Program-made: the position numbers and the translations under genes
Shown: piece by piece, positions 34,237 through 36,015 of the stretch
Layout: each line of letters opens with the position of its first letter
How positions within the stretch are numbered: the first letter of the stretch is position 1
Notes under the pieces: generated by a model
Told to the model about the DNA's origin: nothing
Database searches by the model: none
The model's input: the letters and a program-made list of their open reading frames with translations, nothing else
IMG/VR virus record: IMGVR_UViG_3300049140_000034
Coordinates: 1 to 36,015 of that record
Direction: 5' to 3' (one strand)
DNA: 36,015 nt
Source of the DNA: a virus
Taxonomy: Duplodnaviria; Caudoviricetes

Positions 34237-35775
34237 TCACGCGAACGAGTCCGCGATGTCGTAGTCCTCGATCACGTGCGGGCCTCTGATCAGCAGCGCC
34301 CAGCGGGCGAACGTCGCCGCGCACAACGGGCTGATCTCTGTCAGGGAGTTGGTGCGGTCTAGCGTCCAGGCGTCACCGTTGCGGCGCGTCCTCGCCCCGT
34401 TGACGGCGGCTGTGAACGGCACCTGGTCCAGGTGGCGGATCGTGCCCTGGTTCATCGCGTCGGCCATCTGCCCGCACGCCTCGACGATGTCGCCGGTCCG
34501 CATCACGATCAGGTCGCCGCGCTCCGGGTGCTCCTTGTCCTTGGGCACGTCGATGCCCGCGGCCACCAGGTCGTCGATGAGCGAACCGGCCGGCGTCCCC
34601 ACCGACGCGATCGCCACGACCACCGGATTCCACAGTTTGTGCAGCTTCACCACGGCGGGCACCACCCAGTCTGTACCGGGACGGCGGGCCACGACCTCCA
34701 CGTGCACCTTGCCGTCCGGCCGCAGCGAGGCCGCAGAGATGGACGAGTGCGCGCGGTCCTGCGACACGTCGATGGCAAATGCCACGTCCCGAGTCGGCCG
34801 ACTCTTCGCGTCGACCAGCCCCGGCCACTTGGCCTTCGGCACGTTCGGGTCCGAAGGCGGAGTCGGCTTCCGCGTGCGGTTGAGGTAGGCCCGGTCGAAC
34901 TCGGCCGGATCCAACTTCTCCAGCTCGGCACGGATGATCGCCTCGGTCACCGTGTGGCCCAGAGCGGGCAGTGTCGCGTACCAGGTAGCCGGATCATCAC
35001 GCGGCATGTCCTCGGGAGCGAACCACTCGAAGTACGCAGCGGCCGGACGTTCCCCGGTCTGCCATAGCTGCTCGACCAGAACCCGGCCAGCCTCCCGCTT
35101 CTTGTTCAGCCATACCGACTTCGTCGTGCCGCCAGCCGACGCCCACCACAACTGCGCCATCGGCTTGGTAAGCATCGCGGGACTGAACGCCTGCTCCAGC
35201 CGATCATCCTCGTGAGCGAACGCCTCGTCGATCACGCCCAGATCGAGCGGGGGACCGTGGCCGGCCTTATCCGTGTTGGACGTGATGCCGAGCAAGGACC
35301 GGGTACTGCCCCAAATGATCGCCTCGTTACCAGTCGTCTTCCGAGGGCGGTATCTGCCGTGCAGCGAGGATGCGTCGAGCGTGGCAACGAACTCGTCCTC
35401 CCACCGCTTCTTCGCCATGGACCGGTTCTGCGCCCCGTAGGTAACGTTCTGCCGCTCCCACGCCATGATCCGGTGAACCATCACCGCGAGGATCTGCTGA
35501 GTCTTGCCCTGCTGACGCGGCACGCTGAGACCCACCTCGCGGTGCGCGAACACTCCCGTCGTTGGGTCGATCTCCAGCGCCACATCCAGCACGTACCGCT
35601 GCCACGGCATCGGCTCGAAGCCGAGGTGCTGCATCACCTTCGCGGCCTTGCCGCCCAGCGTTGGGAACTCCGGCCGACGAGGCGTACCCCATCGCGGTGG
35701 ACACGTCAGCCCGTACAGGTCCAGACACTGGTCGGCGAACTCAGGCGGGCTCTGCCAGGTCGGCGAGGTCGTCAT
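34237..35775 (-). CDS. terL: Terminase large subunit
   Basis: PWQ, Walker A VPRQQGKT, Walker B VIDEAF, P.LG motif, RNase H-like AID. Confidence 0.95.
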   Translation of the reverse strand: MTTSPTWQSPPEFADQCLDLYGLTCPPRWGTPRRPEFPTLGGKAAKVMQHLGFEPMPWQRYVLDVALEIDPTTGVFAHREVGLSVPRQQGKTQQILAVMVHRIMAWERQNVTYGAQNRSMAKKRWEDEFVATLDASSLHGRYRPRKTTGNEAIIWGSTRSLLGITSNTDKAGHGPPLDLGVIDEAFAHEDDRLEQAFSPAMLTKPMAQLWWASAGGTTKSVWLNKKREAGRVLVEQLWQTGERPAAAYFEWFAPEDMPRDDPATWYATLPALGHTVTEAIIRAELEKLDPAEFDRAYLNRTRKPTPPSDPNVPKAKWPGLVDAKSRPTRDVAFAIDVSQDRAHSSISAASLRPDGKVHVEVVARRPGTDWVVPAVVKLHKLWNPVVVAIASVGTPAGSLIDDLVAAGIDVPKDKEHPERGDLIVMRTGDIVEACGQMADAMNQGTIRHLDQVPFTAAVNGARTRRNGDAWTLDRTNSLTEISPLCAATFARWALLIRGPHVIEDYDIADSFA

Positions 35776-35986
35776 CTTCATCCTCTGCCGGGCGGCTGTC
35801 GAGCAGCTGCTTGAGCGTGGCGCGCAACTCCTTGTTCAGTGCGGGCAGCAGACGCCCGTCCTCCCCGCCCCCGTGGTCGATGTCCCGGGCCAGCGTGTAC
35901 GCCATCTCGGCCAGCGTCGGCTCCACACCGACCAGCCCGCCGATGGCTTCGACGTCCTCACGGACGGCGGTTTCTACCGGCCCCAT
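35741..35986 (-). CDS. terS: Terminase small subunit
   Basis: LAR.ID...L.KELRATL actinophage TerS pattern; overlaps terL; GGAGGG RBS. Confidence 0.85.
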   Translation of the reverse strand: MGPVETAVREDVEAIGGLVGVEPTLAEMAYTLARDIDHGGGEDGRLLPALNKELRATLKQLLDSRPAEDEDDDLADLAEPA

Positions 35987-36015
35987 GACGCTCCCTCCAT
36001 GATCATCCCAAGAGG

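Larger units (their letters stand above)
1..36015 (-). mobile_element. Temperate siphophage genome, near-complete, non-integrated gene order
   Basis: Packaging, head, tail, lysis, integration, immunity and replication modules all present; attP-like site is internal; window runs from just upstream of terS to just past the HNH gene. Confidence 0.93.

Noticed and set aside
1-36015. tRNA, rRNA, relaxase/T4SS, reverse transcriptase or known defence genes
   Set aside because: None recognised by eye; small unknown ORFs could still hide such functions

Overview
High-GC, near-complete ~36 kb temperate siphophage genome of an actinomycete host (most likely Streptomyces, inferred from gene families and codon use), given in reverse orientation. 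Almost all genes are on the minus strand. Read from 36015 down, the order is: terS/terL, portal, prohead protease, HK97-type capsid, head-tail genes, two paralogous tail-tube genes, tail chaperones with a GGGAAAA -1 frameshift, tape measure, tail proteins, amidase/holin lysis cassette, a GntR-controlled operon of small proteins, an intact-looking attP with a large serine integrase, the repressor/Cro switch, a J-domain protein, primase-helicase, ssb, a transfer module and an HNH nuclease. Phage genes flank attP on both sides, so this is the excised or virion arrangement. Two things stand out. (1) A ~5.5 kb Streptomyces plasmid/AICE-type conjugation module (TraB-like FtsK translocase, clt-like 8-bp repeats, Spd-like membrane proteins, its own HTH regulator and operator) lies inside an apparently intact phage, suggesting an element that spreads both as virions and by mycelial conjugation. 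(2) A PhoD-family phosphoesterase domain with no signal peptide appears to have been inserted into a tail gene and is now fused to its C-terminal part, a candidate virion-borne teichoic-acid phosphodiesterase. All family calls come from motif recognition by eye; no database searches were run.
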